A DNA stretch of 64,000 bases from an uncultured Actinomycetes bacterium (lineage in GTDB: Bacteria; Actinomycetota; Acidimicrobiia; Spongiisociales; DATADW01): positions 1 to 64,000 of the forward strand of contig CAWGRK010000007.1 of assembly GCA_963824995.1 (NCBI GenBank), read 5' to 3'. Below, piece by piece: positions 43,208 to 53,365 of the stretch. The translations under genes and the position numbers were made by a program. Numbering within the stretch: the stretch's first letter is position 1; each line of letters begins with the position of its first letter. The notes beneath the pieces were generated by a model that worked only from the letters and a program-made list of their open reading frames with translations, was not told the origin of the DNA and ran no database searches.

Positions 43208-44307
43208 CCCGTCCTCCGAGGAGCCCAATGCGATACGCCGCGATCACCGGCTGGGGAAAGTGCATCCCGCCGGCAACTCTCACCAACGCCGATCTGGAGA
43301 AGATCGTCGAGACGTCCGACGACTGGATCACCACCCGGACCGGGATCAAGGAACGCCACATCGCCGAGGTGGACACCTCGGACCTGGCCACCGTCGCCTC
43401 GGTGAAGGCCATGGCGTCGGCGGGCGTGACCGCCGATCAGATCGACATGATCCTGCTGGCGACCTGCACCCCCGACCACCTGATCCCAAGCGCCGCCTCC
43501 CGGCTCCAGGCCAAGTTGGGGGCCTATCGAGCGGGTGCGCAGGATCTGAACGCCGCCTGTGCCGGGTTCATCTACGCCCTGGTGACCGGGACCGCCATGA
43601 TCCGCTCCGGGGCCTTCGACCGCATCCTCGTCGTCGGCGCCGAGAAGCTGAGCCATCTGATCGATTGGACCGATCGCACCACCTGCGTCCTCTTTGGAGA
43701 TGCCGCCGGCGCAGTGGTGCTGGAGCCGTCGGATGAACCGGCGGGGGTGCTCTCCTCTGAACTCGGGCTGGACGGGACCTGCACCGAACTGCTCATCGTG
43801 CCCGACATGGGGACTGTCGGCGCGCCACGCACCCGCGACCCTCGCCGGATGGGGATCAGGATGAACGGTCCTGAGATTTTCCGTCGAGCCGTGGTCGCCA
43901 TGGGTGATGCCTCAACCCGCGTCGTCGAGGAGGCCGGTCTCCGGCTCGAGGACGTGGACCTGCTGATCCCCCACCAGGCCAATCTGAGGATCATCGACGC
44001 TACGGCGAGGCGGTTGAAGCTGGACAGCTCGCAGGTCTACGTGAACATCCAGAGCTACGGCAACACCTCGGCAGCGACCATCCCGGTGGCACTGGCCGAA
44101 GCCGTCGAGGAGGGAAGAGTCGAGCCCGGCTGCAACATCGTGTTCGCCGCCTTCGGCGCCGGGCTCACCTGGGCAGCGGCCGCGGTCCGCTGGGGTGATC
44201 GGGTGACCCCGCTGGGCACGTCCGACATCGAGCTTCCTGCCTCCGGTCGCAGCGCCATGGAGGTTCTCGAGCCGGCCCTCGCCTATTACGGCGCCAAGCT
44301 CGGGTGA
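43204..44307 (+). CDS. fabH: Beta-ketoacyl-ACP synthase III
   Basis: AACAGF, HQAN, GNTSAAT, FGAGLTW; ATGA overlap. Confidence 0.95.
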   Translation: MTRPPRSPMRYAAITGWGKCIPPATLTNADLEKIVETSDDWITTRTGIKERHIAEVDTSDLATVASVKAMASAGVTADQIDMILLATCTPDHLIPSAASRLQAKLGAYRAGAQDLNAACAGFIYALVTGTAMIRSGAFDRILVVGAEKLSHLIDWTDRTTCVLFGDAAGAVVLEPSDEPAGVLSSELGLDGTCTELLIVPDMGTVGAPRTRDPRRMGIRMNGPEIFRRAVVAMGDASTRVVEEAGLRLEDVDLLIPHQANLRIIDATARRLKLDSSQVYVNIQSYGNTSAATIPVALAEAVEEGRVEPGCNIVFAAFGAGLTWAAAAVRWGDRVTPLGTSDIELPASGRSAMEVLEPALAYYGAKLG

Positions 44308-45044
44308 CACCTCGTCGGGTGGCCCTGGTCACCGGTGGCTCCCGGGGAATCGGGCGCGCCGTGAGCCTTCGATTGGGGGCTGCCGGCGCCAGGGTGGTGG
44401 TCAACTTCGCCAAACGGGCCGACGCAGCCGACGAGGTGGTCGCCGCCATTGCGGATGCCGGTGGGGAAGCGGTCGCCATCGCTGCCGATGTCGCCGTCCC
44501 CGACGCCGTCCAGGCGTTGTTTTCGGAGGTGGGGGAGCGCTTCGGGCCGGTCGAGATCCTGGTGAACAACGCCGGTATCACCCGGGACGAGCTTCTGCTG
44601 CGGATGGCTCCCGAGGTCTGGGACGAGGTGATCGCCGTCAATCTGCGTTCCGTTTACCTGTGCACCAGGGCGGCGATGCGGGGCATGCTCCGAAAGAAGT
44701 TCGGAAGGGTCGTCTCGATCGGGTCGGTCGCCGGGTTGGCCGGGAACCCCGGACAGGCCAATTACGCCGCCTCCAAGGCCGCAATCGTGGGATTCACCCG
44801 GTCGGTGGCAAAGGAAGTCGGTTCCAGGGGGATCACCGTCAACGTGGTGGCTCCCGGGTTCATCGACACCGAGATGACGGCGGACATCCCCTACGACGCA
44901 CGGCAGCGGGCGGTGGGCTCGGTTGCCGCCGCCCGGTTTGGTACCGCCGACGAGGTGGCCTCGGCCGTGGCCTACCTGTGCGGCGAGGAAGCCACCTACA
45001 TAAACGGCCACGTCCTGGTCGTGGACGGAGGGTTGGCGCTGTAG
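44304..45044 (+). CDS. fabG: 3-oxoacyl-ACP reductase
   Basis: TGGSRGIG, NNAGITRD, YAASK. Confidence 0.93.
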   Translation: MTPRRVALVTGGSRGIGRAVSLRLGAAGARVVVNFAKRADAADEVVAAIADAGGEAVAIAADVAVPDAVQALFSEVGERFGPVEILVNNAGITRDELLLRMAPEVWDEVIAVNLRSVYLCTRAAMRGMLRKKFGRVVSIGSVAGLAGNPGQANYAASKAAIVGFTRSVAKEVGSRGITVNVVAPGFIDTEMTADIPYDARQRAVGSVAAARFGTADEVASAVAYLCGEEATYINGHVLVVDGGLAL

Positions 45045-45079
45045 TCTGCGCGCCGGCGAGATAGGACAGGAGAACTGGG

Positions 45080-45325
45080 ATGGATCGTTCCGAGATCGAG
45101 AGTCGGCTAACCAAGGTCTTGGTCGAGGAGCTCGACCTCGACGCGAGCCAGATCACCATGGATGCCGACCTCGAGGACGATCTCGAGATCGATTCGCTCG
45201 GGGTGGTCGAATTGCTCATGGCCCTCGAAGACGCTTTCGGGGTGAAGATCCCCGACGAGGAGGCTGAGGACATCCGGACCGTCGGCGAGACTGTCGACCT
45301 CCTCGAGGCCAAGTTGGCGGGCTGA
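45080..45325 (+). CDS. acpP: Acyl carrier protein
   Basis: IDSLGVVELLMALED; AGGAG RBS. Confidence 0.95.
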   Translation: MDRSEIESRLTKVLVEELDLDASQITMDADLEDDLEIDSLGVVELLMALEDAFGVKIPDEEAEDIRTVGETVDLLEAKLAG

Positions 45326-45333
45326 GGCCGGAG

Positions 45334-46626
45334 ATGTCGCCACCGGACCGGGGCGGACGGAGCGACGCCGGAGCACAGCGGCGACGCGTCGTCGTCACAG
45401 GCATCGGGACGGTCAACCCCCTCGGGCTCGATGCAGACACTTTCTGGAAGGCAGCGCTCGAGGGCCACAGCGGCGTCGGGATGATCACGACGTTCGATAC
45501 CTCGGAGCTGGATACCAAGATCGCCGCCGAGGTCAAGGGATTCGATCCCGAGGCTCATATCGACAAGCGTGAGCTGAGGCGGATCGACCGTACCAACCAA
45601 CTGTTCCTCGTCGCCTGTGACCAGGCGATGGCCGACGCCGGGCTGGGGTCGTTCATCGACGATCCCGAAGCGGGTGAGCGGGTGGCGGTGGTTAGCGGCG
45701 TCGGGTTTGGAGGGATGCAGAGCTTCATCGACGAGATCGACATGCTGCGCAGCAGGGGACCCCACCGGATCAGCCCCTACGGCACACCGAAAACCATCCC
45801 GAACATGGGTGCCGGTTTGGCGGCGATCCGTTTCGGGATACTGGGACCGAGCAACTGCACGGTGACCGCATGCGCCGCCTCCGCCAATGCCATCGGGGAG
45901 GCGACCGAGGTGATCCGACGGGGCGCCGCCGACGTGGCAGTGGCCGGGGGCTCCGAAGCGTGCATATGTGACTTCGGCATCGCCACCTTCAACCAGGCTC
46001 GCGCTCTCAGCACCCGCAACGACGATCCCGAGGCAGCTTCCCGGCCTTTCGAAGCCAACCGCGACGGGTTCGTGATGGGAGAGGGTGCAGGCGCGCTGGT
46101 GCTCGAGGAACGGGAGCGAGCGATCGCGCGGGGCGCCAGGATCCACGCCGAGGTGATCGGATACGGCATGTCCACCGACGGCTTCCATCTCACCCTCCCT
46201 CGTCCCGGGGGGAGCGGCGCCGCCCTGGCGATGAAGGAGGCGATGAGGGACGCCTCGGTCGGCCCGGGTGACGTCGATTACATCAACGCCCACGGGACTT
46301 CCACCGAGGCCAACGACGCCACCGAGACCGCGGCGATCAAGCTTGCACTAGGTGAGGTTGCCGCATCCACCCCGGTGTCATCCACCAAGTCGATGACAGG
46401 CCACCTCCTAGGTGGAGCGGGAGCCGTAGAGGCGATCGTGTGCATCCTGGCCATCCGCGATGGCATGCTCCCGCCCACGATCAACTACCAGGATCCGGAC
46501 CCGGAGTGCGACCTCGACTACGTCCCCAATACGGCGCGCCGCGCCAACGTGGATGTCGCAATGAGCAACTCATTCGGGTTCGGGGGCCACAATGTCGCCC
46601 TTGTTCTGGCGCGGCACGAGGGCTGA
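45334..46626 (+). CDS. fabF: Beta-ketoacyl-ACP synthase II
   Basis: TACAAS, NAHGTST, KSMTGH, NSFGFGG. Confidence 0.95.
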   Translation: MSPPDRGGRSDAGAQRRRVVVTGIGTVNPLGLDADTFWKAALEGHSGVGMITTFDTSELDTKIAAEVKGFDPEAHIDKRELRRIDRTNQLFLVACDQAMADAGLGSFIDDPEAGERVAVVSGVGFGGMQSFIDEIDMLRSRGPHRISPYGTPKTIPNMGAGLAAIRFGILGPSNCTVTACAASANAIGEATEVIRRGAADVAVAGGSEACICDFGIATFNQARALSTRNDDPEAASRPFEANRDGFVMGEGAGALVLEERERAIARGARIHAEVIGYGMSTDGFHLTLPRPGGSGAALAMKEAMRDASVGPGDVDYINAHGTSTEANDATETAAIKLALGEVAASTPVSSTKSMTGHLLGGAGAVEAIVCILAIRDGMLPPTINYQDPDPECDLDYVPNTARRANVDVAMSNSFGFGGHNVALVLARHEG

Positions 46627-46652
46627 CGCGACGGCCGAGTCCGGGGGACATC

Positions 46653-47027
46653 ATGGCCATGCATCCCGCAGCCGAATTGACACGGCGCCTTCAAGATGCC
46701 GTTGCCGCCAACGACCTAGAGATGATGGACGCACTGCTCGACGACCGTTTTGTGCTGGTCACCGGGCGAGAGGGCGCCGAGCAGCGAGGCCGCCAGGAGT
46801 ACCTCGACATCACCGCCAACCGATACCAAGTGGAGAGCTATCGGATCGAGCGACTCGAGGTGGACGATCACGGGACCGTGGCCGTGGTGAGGACCCGCCT
46901 CTGGCAGCGGGCCTCGATGGACAGTCGGAGCCGGACCGGTGTGTTCGTCATGACCGATATCTGGATGAGGGGCGGTGACGGGTGGCGCTTGGTGACCCGT
47001 CATGCCAGCCCGCTCGTCTCTCCCTGA
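46653..47027 (+). CDS. NTF2-like (DUF4440) protein
   Basis: LLDDRFVL, HGTVAVV, TDIW...GWRLVTRHAS. Confidence 0.75.
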   Translation: MAMHPAAELTRRLQDAVAANDLEMMDALLDDRFVLVTGREGAEQRGRQEYLDITANRYQVESYRIERLEVDDHGTVAVVRTRLWQRASMDSRSRTGVFVMTDIWMRGGDGWRLVTRHASPLVSP

Positions 47028-47031
47028 GAGA

Positions 47032-47052
47032 GACGGCGAACGGCGGACGGCG
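47032..47052 (+). repeat. Family A heptamer array
   Basis: GACGGCG AACGGCG GACGGCG just after the TGA at 47027. Confidence 0.75.
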
Positions 47053-47096
47053 GCCAGGGCGGTCGAGACTGCACCTCCCGATACCACAATGACCTG

Positions 47097-47831
47097 ATGG
47101 CGCCTCTGGTCGTGGCAGGGTCTCTCGGGGTTTCGACGTTGCTCTGGGCGCTCCGGCTCGCCCTCCCGGGGAACCTGATCTCCCCACAGTCGGCGGTTCT
47201 CTTTGCCCTGGACCTGTTGGTGGTGGCCACCGTGGCCATCACGGGGCTGTTGGTGGCGCATGGCCGCTGGGCGAAGCGGCTCGGCTGGGTGACCCTGGCG
47301 ATGCACGGAGTGGCAGCAGCCATCTCCGATCCCGACACGCTGTGGTGGGTTGCGTTGATCGCGTCCGCGGTCACCGCCGCTGCCTGGGCCGGGCCTTGGC
47401 TACGAGGATGGGTCCGCTTGCTCCCCGCCGCCGCCGGACCTCCCTCTCGTGCGGTGCTTCTCGTACTTGGGCTGGTCCTTGTCCCCGCCGTCGTCGCCCT
47501 GACCAATCCGTCGGGCCCCGGATGGCAGGGTTGGCTGCTCGCTATCGGGGCACTCGGACTCGCCTTTTTCTACGCCAGAGCCGTGGTCCCGGCTCTCTGG
47601 CTGCTCCGGGTGGGCCTGATCCCACTTTCCCTTCCCGCCGTGATCGCGGCCCCGCCATGGGGAGCGGTCGCACTAGGGGCAATGGTGATCGCGTTGACAG
47701 GGCTCTCCTGGACCGCCGACGCCCGACTGGCGGTGGCGCCCCTCGTTCCTCAAGTGCAGAGGTCCCCCGAGGTCAGCGGGCCGGTTGTTCTCCCCAGACC
47801 GCGGCTCCGCCGCCGGAATGGCACATCGTGA
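47097..47831 (+). CDS. Hypothetical multi-pass membrane protein
   Basis: About eight hydrophobic segments, apparent internal duplication. Confidence 0.7.
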   Translation: MAPLVVAGSLGVSTLLWALRLALPGNLISPQSAVLFALDLLVVATVAITGLLVAHGRWAKRLGWVTLAMHGVAAAISDPDTLWWVALIASAVTAAAWAGPWLRGWVRLLPAAAGPPSRAVLLVLGLVLVPAVVALTNPSGPGWQGWLLAIGALGLAFFYARAVVPALWLLRVGLIPLSLPAVIAAPPWGAVALGAMVIALTGLSWTADARLAVAPLVPQVQRSPEVSGPVVLPRPRLRRRNGTS

Positions 47832-48058
47832 CCGGTCGGCGGAGAGCACCCAACCCATGGGTGGCGGTGCCCACTCTGCTCGCCGCCGTTCTCGGGGGCG
47901 TCCTCGGTTGGATGGTCACACGCGTCAACTGCCTACCGGAGCGCTGCACCGGCACCGCCGTCGTGGTGGCGATCATCGCTGCGCTGATCGCAGGGATCGG
48001 AGTTCTGGTGGTGGTGGTGCTCGCCTACCGCTCGATCGCCGAATGGAGACAGCGTTAG
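47828..48058 (+). CDS. Small two-TM hypothetical protein
   Basis: GTGA coupling; PWVAVPTLLAAVLGGVLGW...NCLPERC...VLAYRSIAEW. Confidence 0.65.
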   Translation: MTGRRRAPNPWVAVPTLLAAVLGGVLGWMVTRVNCLPERCTGTAVVVAIIAALIAGIGVLVVVVLAYRSIAEWRQR

Positions 48059-48061
48059 TCC

Positions 48062-48092
48062 GTGGGGGGGGACGACCCCCCCACACCCCCCC
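48062..48092. repeat. G8/C7 hairpin with extra C7 tract (REP-like or terminator-like)
   Basis: GTGGGGGGGG-ACGA-CCCCCCCAC-ACCCCCCC between convergent genes. Confidence 0.55.
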
Positions 48093-48185
48093 GCCAGCCC
48101 GCACGGTTCTGGGCAACACGAGGATGGCGCCTGATCTCATCGTCCCATGCCGGCCGGATTGCTCGATCGCCGGATGGAGGTAGGG

Positions 48186-48812
48186 CTAGCCCGGTGGATC
48201 CCACCTATTAACTTCGACCCAAGGGTCCCCCGGGCGAAGCGTGACGATGCTGGCGTGTTCCGGCTTTTCCTCGTGCAGTTCGGTGAGCGGACGTCCGGTG
48301 AGCCAGAGCCGTGCTGCCTGGGTGGGGTCCTGGTGGCCGACCACCACCAGTTCATCTTCAGGGTTGAGCTCCTCCAGCTGGGCAACGGTGTGGCCGACCC
48401 GTTCGGCGAGCTGCTCGAGGCTCTCCGAGGAGAACCCGAGGTCGCTCGGCGTGGTCAGATAGGCCTCGAGCTCGCCCGGCCGGGCCGACGGGAGCTCGCC
48501 CCAGGCAATTCCCTCCCATGCGTCAGCCAGCAGCCACTCGGTGAGCCCGGTTTCGACTCGCACCGGGAGCTTGTGCCCGCGGGCGATGTGCGCCGCCGTC
48601 TCCAGGGCGCGCTGCATGGGGGACGACCACACAGCCGAGATGCGCCGATCCCGCAGGCGGCGAGCACAGGCAGCAGCCTGAGCCCGACCCTCCTCGCTCA
48701 GCCCGAACCCGGCGCGCCGGCCGTAGACGATCGAGCCGGGGTTCAACACCTCCGCATGACGAACCAGGTGGACCAGATGGGCGATGGCGGCACGATACCG
48801 ATCGTCCGGCAT
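48186..48812 (-). CDS. Histidine phosphatase (phosphoglycerate mutase-like) family protein
   Basis: HLVRHAEV.NP..IVYGR, SSPMQRALETA, VVVGHQDP. Confidence 0.82.
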   Translation of the reverse strand: MPDDRYRAAIAHLVHLVRHAEVLNPGSIVYGRRAGFGLSEEGRAQAAACARRLRDRRISAVWSSPMQRALETAAHIARGHKLPVRVETGLTEWLLADAWEGIAWGELPSARPGELEAYLTTPSDLGFSSESLEQLAERVGHTVAQLEELNPEDELVVVGHQDPTQAARLWLTGRPLTELHEEKPEHASIVTLRPGDPWVEVNRWDPPG

Positions 48813-48901
48813 GCGATTCCCACAATGGCCCGCCCGGTTCCTCATGAGGGCTTCCGTTGTACAATGCGGCGTCGAAGGACTGGATCGTTTCGGAGCGCCC
48901 A

Positions 48902-49252
48902 ATGCCGCTGGACGAGAGAGAGCAGCGCATCCTCGCTGAGATCGAGCGTCAGTTTTATGAGGAAGATCCTCAGCTGGCCAAGGCCGTCCGCGACATCACC
49001 CGCAGCCGGCCACGACTCGGACCGAAGATGGCGGCGATTGGGCTGGTTGCAGGTGCCACTCTGATGCTCCTCACGTTCACCCAGGCGTCGTGGGTGGCCG
49101 CCATCGGCTTCGTCGTCATGGTGATCTCGGCGACCGCGATGGTTCAGGCGATACGACTTCGCAGGCAGAGCGCCGATCGCGCTCCGCAGGAGGCGCCATC
49201 CGAAGATTGGTTTTCCCGCTTCCGCAGGAAGTGGCCCTTTCGGCGATCCTGA
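48902..49252 (+). CDS. DUF3040-like membrane protein
   Basis: MPLDEREQRILAEIERQFYEEDPQLA plus two TM helices. Confidence 0.8.
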   Translation: MPLDEREQRILAEIERQFYEEDPQLAKAVRDITRSRPRLGPKMAAIGLVAGATLMLLTFTQASWVAAIGFVVMVISATAMVQAIRLRRQSADRAPQEAPSEDWFSRFRRKWPFRRS

Positions 49253-49381
49253 GGCGGTCGGCTGGGGTTAGAGTGACCGCCCCCCCTTGATGTTGGGTGA
49301 GGATCCTGAGGTGATTCCGCCCCTGGGGAAGAGGCAGGAGGGGCGGCCCCTGCGCCGTGTGACATTTTTTTGGGGAGAGCG

Positions 49382-49888
49382 GTGGAGCAAGGTTTCACGG
49401 CGCAGCAGGCGTCAGCATTGACTGGCTGCACTCATCATCAACTGCGTTACTGGGACCGGGTCGATCTGCTCCGCCCCAGCGTGCAGAGCACACGTGGACG
49501 TCCGGGCGTCCGTCGTCTCTACAGCTTCCGCGATCTGGTGGCGCTCCGAGTGGTCCGCAGTCTCCTCGATCAGGGAATGTCGGTGCAGCGGGTGCGCCGC
49601 GCCTGGGGCTATCTGCGGCGCGAAGCCGACATGGAGAGCCACCTCTCCGAGGTGAAGCTCATCACCGACGGTCAGACGATCTTCCGCGTCGCAGCCAACG
49701 ACGACCAATTGCTCGACGCCTTGCGCGAGGGCCAGCTTGCGTTCTTCGTCGCAATCGACGAGATCACACGGTCGGTCGAGGAAGACGTGACCCGGTTCGA
49801 GCTTGACAGGGAGCGCTTCCTCGAGATCCTGCGCCGCAGCGAGGACGAGGTCGCCACCGAGTTGGGCGGCCAAGCCGCCAGCGGCTGA
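49382..49888 (+). CDS. MerR-family transcriptional regulator
   Basis: QLRYWDRVDLLRPS, RRLYSFRDL, LLDQGMSVQ. Confidence 0.88.
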   Translation: MEQGFTAQQASALTGCTHHQLRYWDRVDLLRPSVQSTRGRPGVRRLYSFRDLVALRVVRSLLDQGMSVQRVRRAWGYLRREADMESHLSEVKLITDGQTIFRVAANDDQLLDALREGQLAFFVAIDEITRSVEEDVTRFELDRERFLEILRRSEDEVATELGGQAASG

Positions 49889-49889
49889 C

Positions 49890-52205
49890 CTACGGCCTGA
49901 GCCAACTCAGAAGGCGCTGCCATCGGGTGTGCGTGCGCTTCAGAAGTAGCTCCGTGTTGCGCATCGATGCGACAGCCCGACTGACGTCGGCGCTCCTCAC
50001 GTCGCCCGGACCGTAGGTGACCGTGGTGTAGACCTCGGCCAGCGGCCGAAGCGGAGACCCGACGTCGGCGGCAACCTCGAGCGGCGTGAGGTGCTCGGGC
50101 ACAGGGTTGCCCAGGTCGCCCAGATGATCAACGATCTGTTCCCAGGCAGCCGAGATGTCACCTCTCTCCACCCGCGCCATCCTGCGCCTTCTTCTGACGA
50201 GCTTGATCGCGGGGATGGTCGCCAGGATCAGAGCGAGCCCTCCAAGGAGCCAGGACCAGATCGGCAGGTCGAGACTTCTGGCGACCGCCACCCTGCTCCC
50301 ATCCGAGACATCTGGGATCTCGAGTTGGCCGGCGCGGTCGAGCAGTTCGGCGAGGTTGCGGATCGACGGGTCTCCGGCTGCCGTCCCCGGTTCGCTCTCC
50401 TCGGCCTCGGGCACGAATTCGAGGGGGTCGAATCCGACGTTGGTGGCCGGGTTGGCCCCATCGCTGCGCGGGGTGGGGTCGAACCGGACCCATCCCTGGC
50501 CGTCCACCCAGAGCTCCACCCAGGCATGGGCGTTCCGCTGCCGCACGGTGACCACACCGTCCGGCCCCGTCTCGCCGGGGGTGAATCCAAGGACGACCCG
50601 GCTGGGAACGTCCACCGCCCGGGCCATCACTGCCATGGCAGTGGCGAACTGCTCGCAGTAACCCTTGCGAAAGTTGGCGCTGTCCGGGGTGAACAGCCAG
50701 TCGGCCAGGTCTTCGGCCGAATGACCAGGCTCGATGTCCACGGTGTAGGTGAATAGATCCCTATCGCGGAAGAACCGCTCGAGCAGGACGCCCTTCTCGA
50801 ATTCGGTCGTTGCCCCGGCGGTCAGGTCGGTGGCGAACCGGCCGATGCGGGGGTCCATTTCGGGAAGCTCGAGAAACGAGGCCACGGCTCCCGGGCGATC
50901 GTCCGGGCCGCTCAGCACCGGCGCGTCGTCATATACCCCGGCTTCGGCGGCTTCGGCGAATATCGGGGAAAGCTCGCCGTCCACCGTTGCCAGGTCCGCG
51001 AGCGTCGGCGTGGGCAACAGCGAAGCCGCCTCGTAGGTGAGACCCGGCCGGCTCAACAGGTCGTAGCGGATCGAACCATCAGGCCTCACCGAGAAACTGC
51101 GCCTCAGCAACTCCTCTTCGCTACCAAACGCAACCGGGGAGTAGAGGATTGGAAGGTACGACTGGCGCAAATTGTCCACCACCACGACCTGGCGGACCTC
51201 GGTGGTACGTCCTCGGAAGGCGAGTCGGGCGTCCTCGAACTGATCACCCGCCTCAGGATGATGGGCCGGCTGTTCGCTCGGGCGCCACTGCGAGCCGTCG
51301 AAGCTGTCGAGCGTGATCAGCCGCCAGTAAAGCTGATTGGGTAGCACGTCACCGGACACCGCGGCGCGGAAGAGAGGGACCTCGGACTGCCCGACCAGCG
51401 TCTGTTGGATCCCGGCGAAGAGGTTGTATGAGATACCGCCGAAGACGCCCGACCCGAGCGGTCCCCTGGTCCGCCAGTCGAGGCTCCCCTCGGCGGGGAT
51501 CGCCGGAGCAAGAGTGACGGCGCCGATCAGCGCCAGCGCCGCGGTGAGACCGGTGAAGGCGGTGAGGATCCCCGGGTTCTCGGCGGGCGCCGATTGCCCA
51601 TCCGGCCGGCGCAGCCGGCCTGAGCCCGCCATGCGCTCGTCGTGCGCAATGGCCGCAAGCGCAGCCGCGATGAGGACGACCCCGGCCACGATCCAGATCG
51701 GACTGGCTGGGAACCGGTCGACCGTGGCCAGCTGGAGCCCGACCAACAGCGGAGGGACCAGCCCGAGTAGCGGCCGGCGGACAGCCGTCGCCCACACGAG
51801 CAGTGCTCCCATCGTCCAGAAGAGCAGCACCAGCAGCGCCACCAGCCCTGCCACGGGAACCAACGGCGGGCCGGCGAACCGCGCCAGTTCGATCGCCACG
51901 GTTAGCTCGGGGAGGAGTGCTGCGGGAGTCTCCGCCCCGGGGAAGACCCCGAGAACGGCCGTGTCCGGCGCCGCCACTCTGGTGATCATCATCGCCAGAG
52001 CGGCGACGTTGGCGAGCAGCACTACCCATCCAGGAGCCCGATAGGCCATGGCCGCCCACGTAACGCCTGCGGCGAGAAGGGCGGCGGTGCCGACCACGAG
52101 CTGCCAGGGGGCACCGGTCTCGGTGGGGCTCACCACGGCCATGAGTCGGAGAAGCGCCAATGCGATGGCGACGGCGCCGATCAGACGGCTGGTGCGGTAG
52201 ACCAT
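49890..52205 (-). CDS. Transglutaminase-like membrane protein (TgpA/DUF3488)
   Basis: N-terminal TM bundle; GYCEQFATAMAVMAR, AHAWVE, GWVRFDPTP catalytic triad motifs. Confidence 0.9.
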   Translation of the reverse strand: MVYRTSRLIGAVAIALALLRLMAVVSPTETGAPWQLVVGTAALLAAGVTWAAMAYRAPGWVVLLANVAALAMMITRVAAPDTAVLGVFPGAETPAALLPELTVAIELARFAGPPLVPVAGLVALLVLLFWTMGALLVWATAVRRPLLGLVPPLLVGLQLATVDRFPASPIWIVAGVVLIAAALAAIAHDERMAGSGRLRRPDGQSAPAENPGILTAFTGLTAALALIGAVTLAPAIPAEGSLDWRTRGPLGSGVFGGISYNLFAGIQQTLVGQSEVPLFRAAVSGDVLPNQLYWRLITLDSFDGSQWRPSEQPAHHPEAGDQFEDARLAFRGRTTEVRQVVVVDNLRQSYLPILYSPVAFGSEEELLRRSFSVRPDGSIRYDLLSRPGLTYEAASLLPTPTLADLATVDGELSPIFAEAAEAGVYDDAPVLSGPDDRPGAVASFLELPEMDPRIGRFATDLTAGATTEFEKGVLLERFFRDRDLFTYTVDIEPGHSAEDLADWLFTPDSANFRKGYCEQFATAMAVMARAVDVPSRVVLGFTPGETGPDGVVTVRQRNAHAWVELWVDGQGWVRFDPTPRSDGANPATNVGFDPLEFVPEAEESEPGTAAGDPSIRNLAELLDRAGQLEIPDVSDGSRVAVARSLDLPIWSWLLGGLALILATIPAIKLVRRRRRMARVERGDISAAWEQIVDHLGDLGNPVPEHLTPLEVAADVGSPLRPLAEVYTTVTYGPGDVRSADVSRAVASMRNTELLLKRTHTRWQRLLSWLRP

Positions 52206-53365
52206 GTCGCCTCGATCGCCATTCTCCAAGCGCTGGACCATGAGCCATCAGGTGGAACCACCACGGTCACCGCCCCAGCCCGCTGGAACTGCACCGTCTC
52301 CGGGGCCTGGGCGGAGGTGACCGAGAGGAGCACCGTGGCACCGAAGTCGGGGGAGAGAAGCTGACGAACCGCGGCCAGGTCGTCGTCGGCTACCCCTGTC
52401 ACCAGGACGAGCGCACCGCCAGCCCCGTCGGTGCGGATGCGGAGAGCGAGCGTCCTCAGGTCGATGTCATCCACCCAGTCGACCACTGCCAGCAGTTCCA
52501 TCGATCGGGGATGGGCGTCGAACTCGGCGCCCGCCACGTCCGTAGGGCCGGCCCATAGATCGCAGTCGAACCCGTGCCTGCGCAAGTGGAGGAGTGTCGA
52601 AGCCGCCCCGGAGACGGCGCGCTCGAAGGCGGCCCGGTTCTCATAGCTGGAGCGCCGAACGTCGAGCAGGACCAGGGCGCGCGACTGCCATGGTGTCTCC
52701 AGTTGGCGGATCATGAGCTCGTCGCGCTTCGCCGAACTCGGCCAGTGGACCCGGCGAAGATCGTCGCCTATGCGGTACTCACGCAGCGTGTAGAAGTCCT
52801 CACCGCCCCGATGGCTGAATTCGGGCCGAGTGGCATGGAGCGCCGGGTTGAGCCCGCGGACGAGCGGGAAGCCCTCGAGTGGTTCGACCGCCGGGTACAC
52901 GACCAACCGGTCGGCATTGCCTGCCAATCCGACAGACGAGGCGAGGTGGAGGGGGTCGGCCACGGTAACCCTGACTGGTCCAACCCGGTAGACCCCACGG
53001 GGTCGGGCGAGTATCCGGTAACCGGCGGTGAAGGTCTCGCCCGCCGGCAACGATCCGGCGACGAACCGGGCCGTTCCCAACCCGGCGACCTCGTCCTCGA
53101 AGCCGACGTTCCGAAGCGGTCGCCTCCCCTGGCCGCCGATCGAGAGGGTCACCGACACGACATCTCCTTCGTGGGTGATGGTTGGTGTCAGCCTCCGGGC
53201 GATCACAACCGGTCGGCGGGAGACGCGGACCAGCCCCCATGAGAGGAGGAATGCTCCGACCAGGAACACTGCGGCGGCCAGCAACTCGGCCTCACCGAAT
53301 CCCCACCACAAGACAAAGAACGCCAACCCGGCGCCGAGTGCTGCCCAGCCCCGTTCAGTGGGCAT
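52181..53365 (-). CDS. DUF58 domain protein
   Basis: LREYRIGDDLRRVHWPSSAKR. Confidence 0.9.
   Translation of the reverse strand: MPTERGWAALGAGLAFFVLWWGFGEAELLAAAVFLVGAFLLSWGLVRVSRRPVVIARRLTPTITHEGDVVSVTLSIGGQGRRPLRNVGFEDEVAGLGTARFVAGSLPAGETFTAGYRILARPRGVYRVGPVRVTVADPLHLASSVGLAGNADRLVVYPAVEPLEGFPLVRGLNPALHATRPEFSHRGGEDFYTLREYRIGDDLRRVHWPSSAKRDELMIRQLETPWQSRALVLLDVRRSSYENRAAFERAVSGAASTLLHLRRHGFDCDLWAGPTDVAGAEFDAHPRSMELLAVVDWVDDIDLRTLALRIRTDGAGGALVLVTGVADDDLAAVRQLLSPDFGATVLLSVTSAQAPETVQFQRAGAVTVVVPPDGSWSSAWRMAIEATWSTAPAV

Noticed and set aside
42266..46626. Type II polyketide cluster regulated by the SARP protein
   Set aside because: Standard fabD-H-G-acpP-F order, no chain-length factor, 25 kb from the SARP gene
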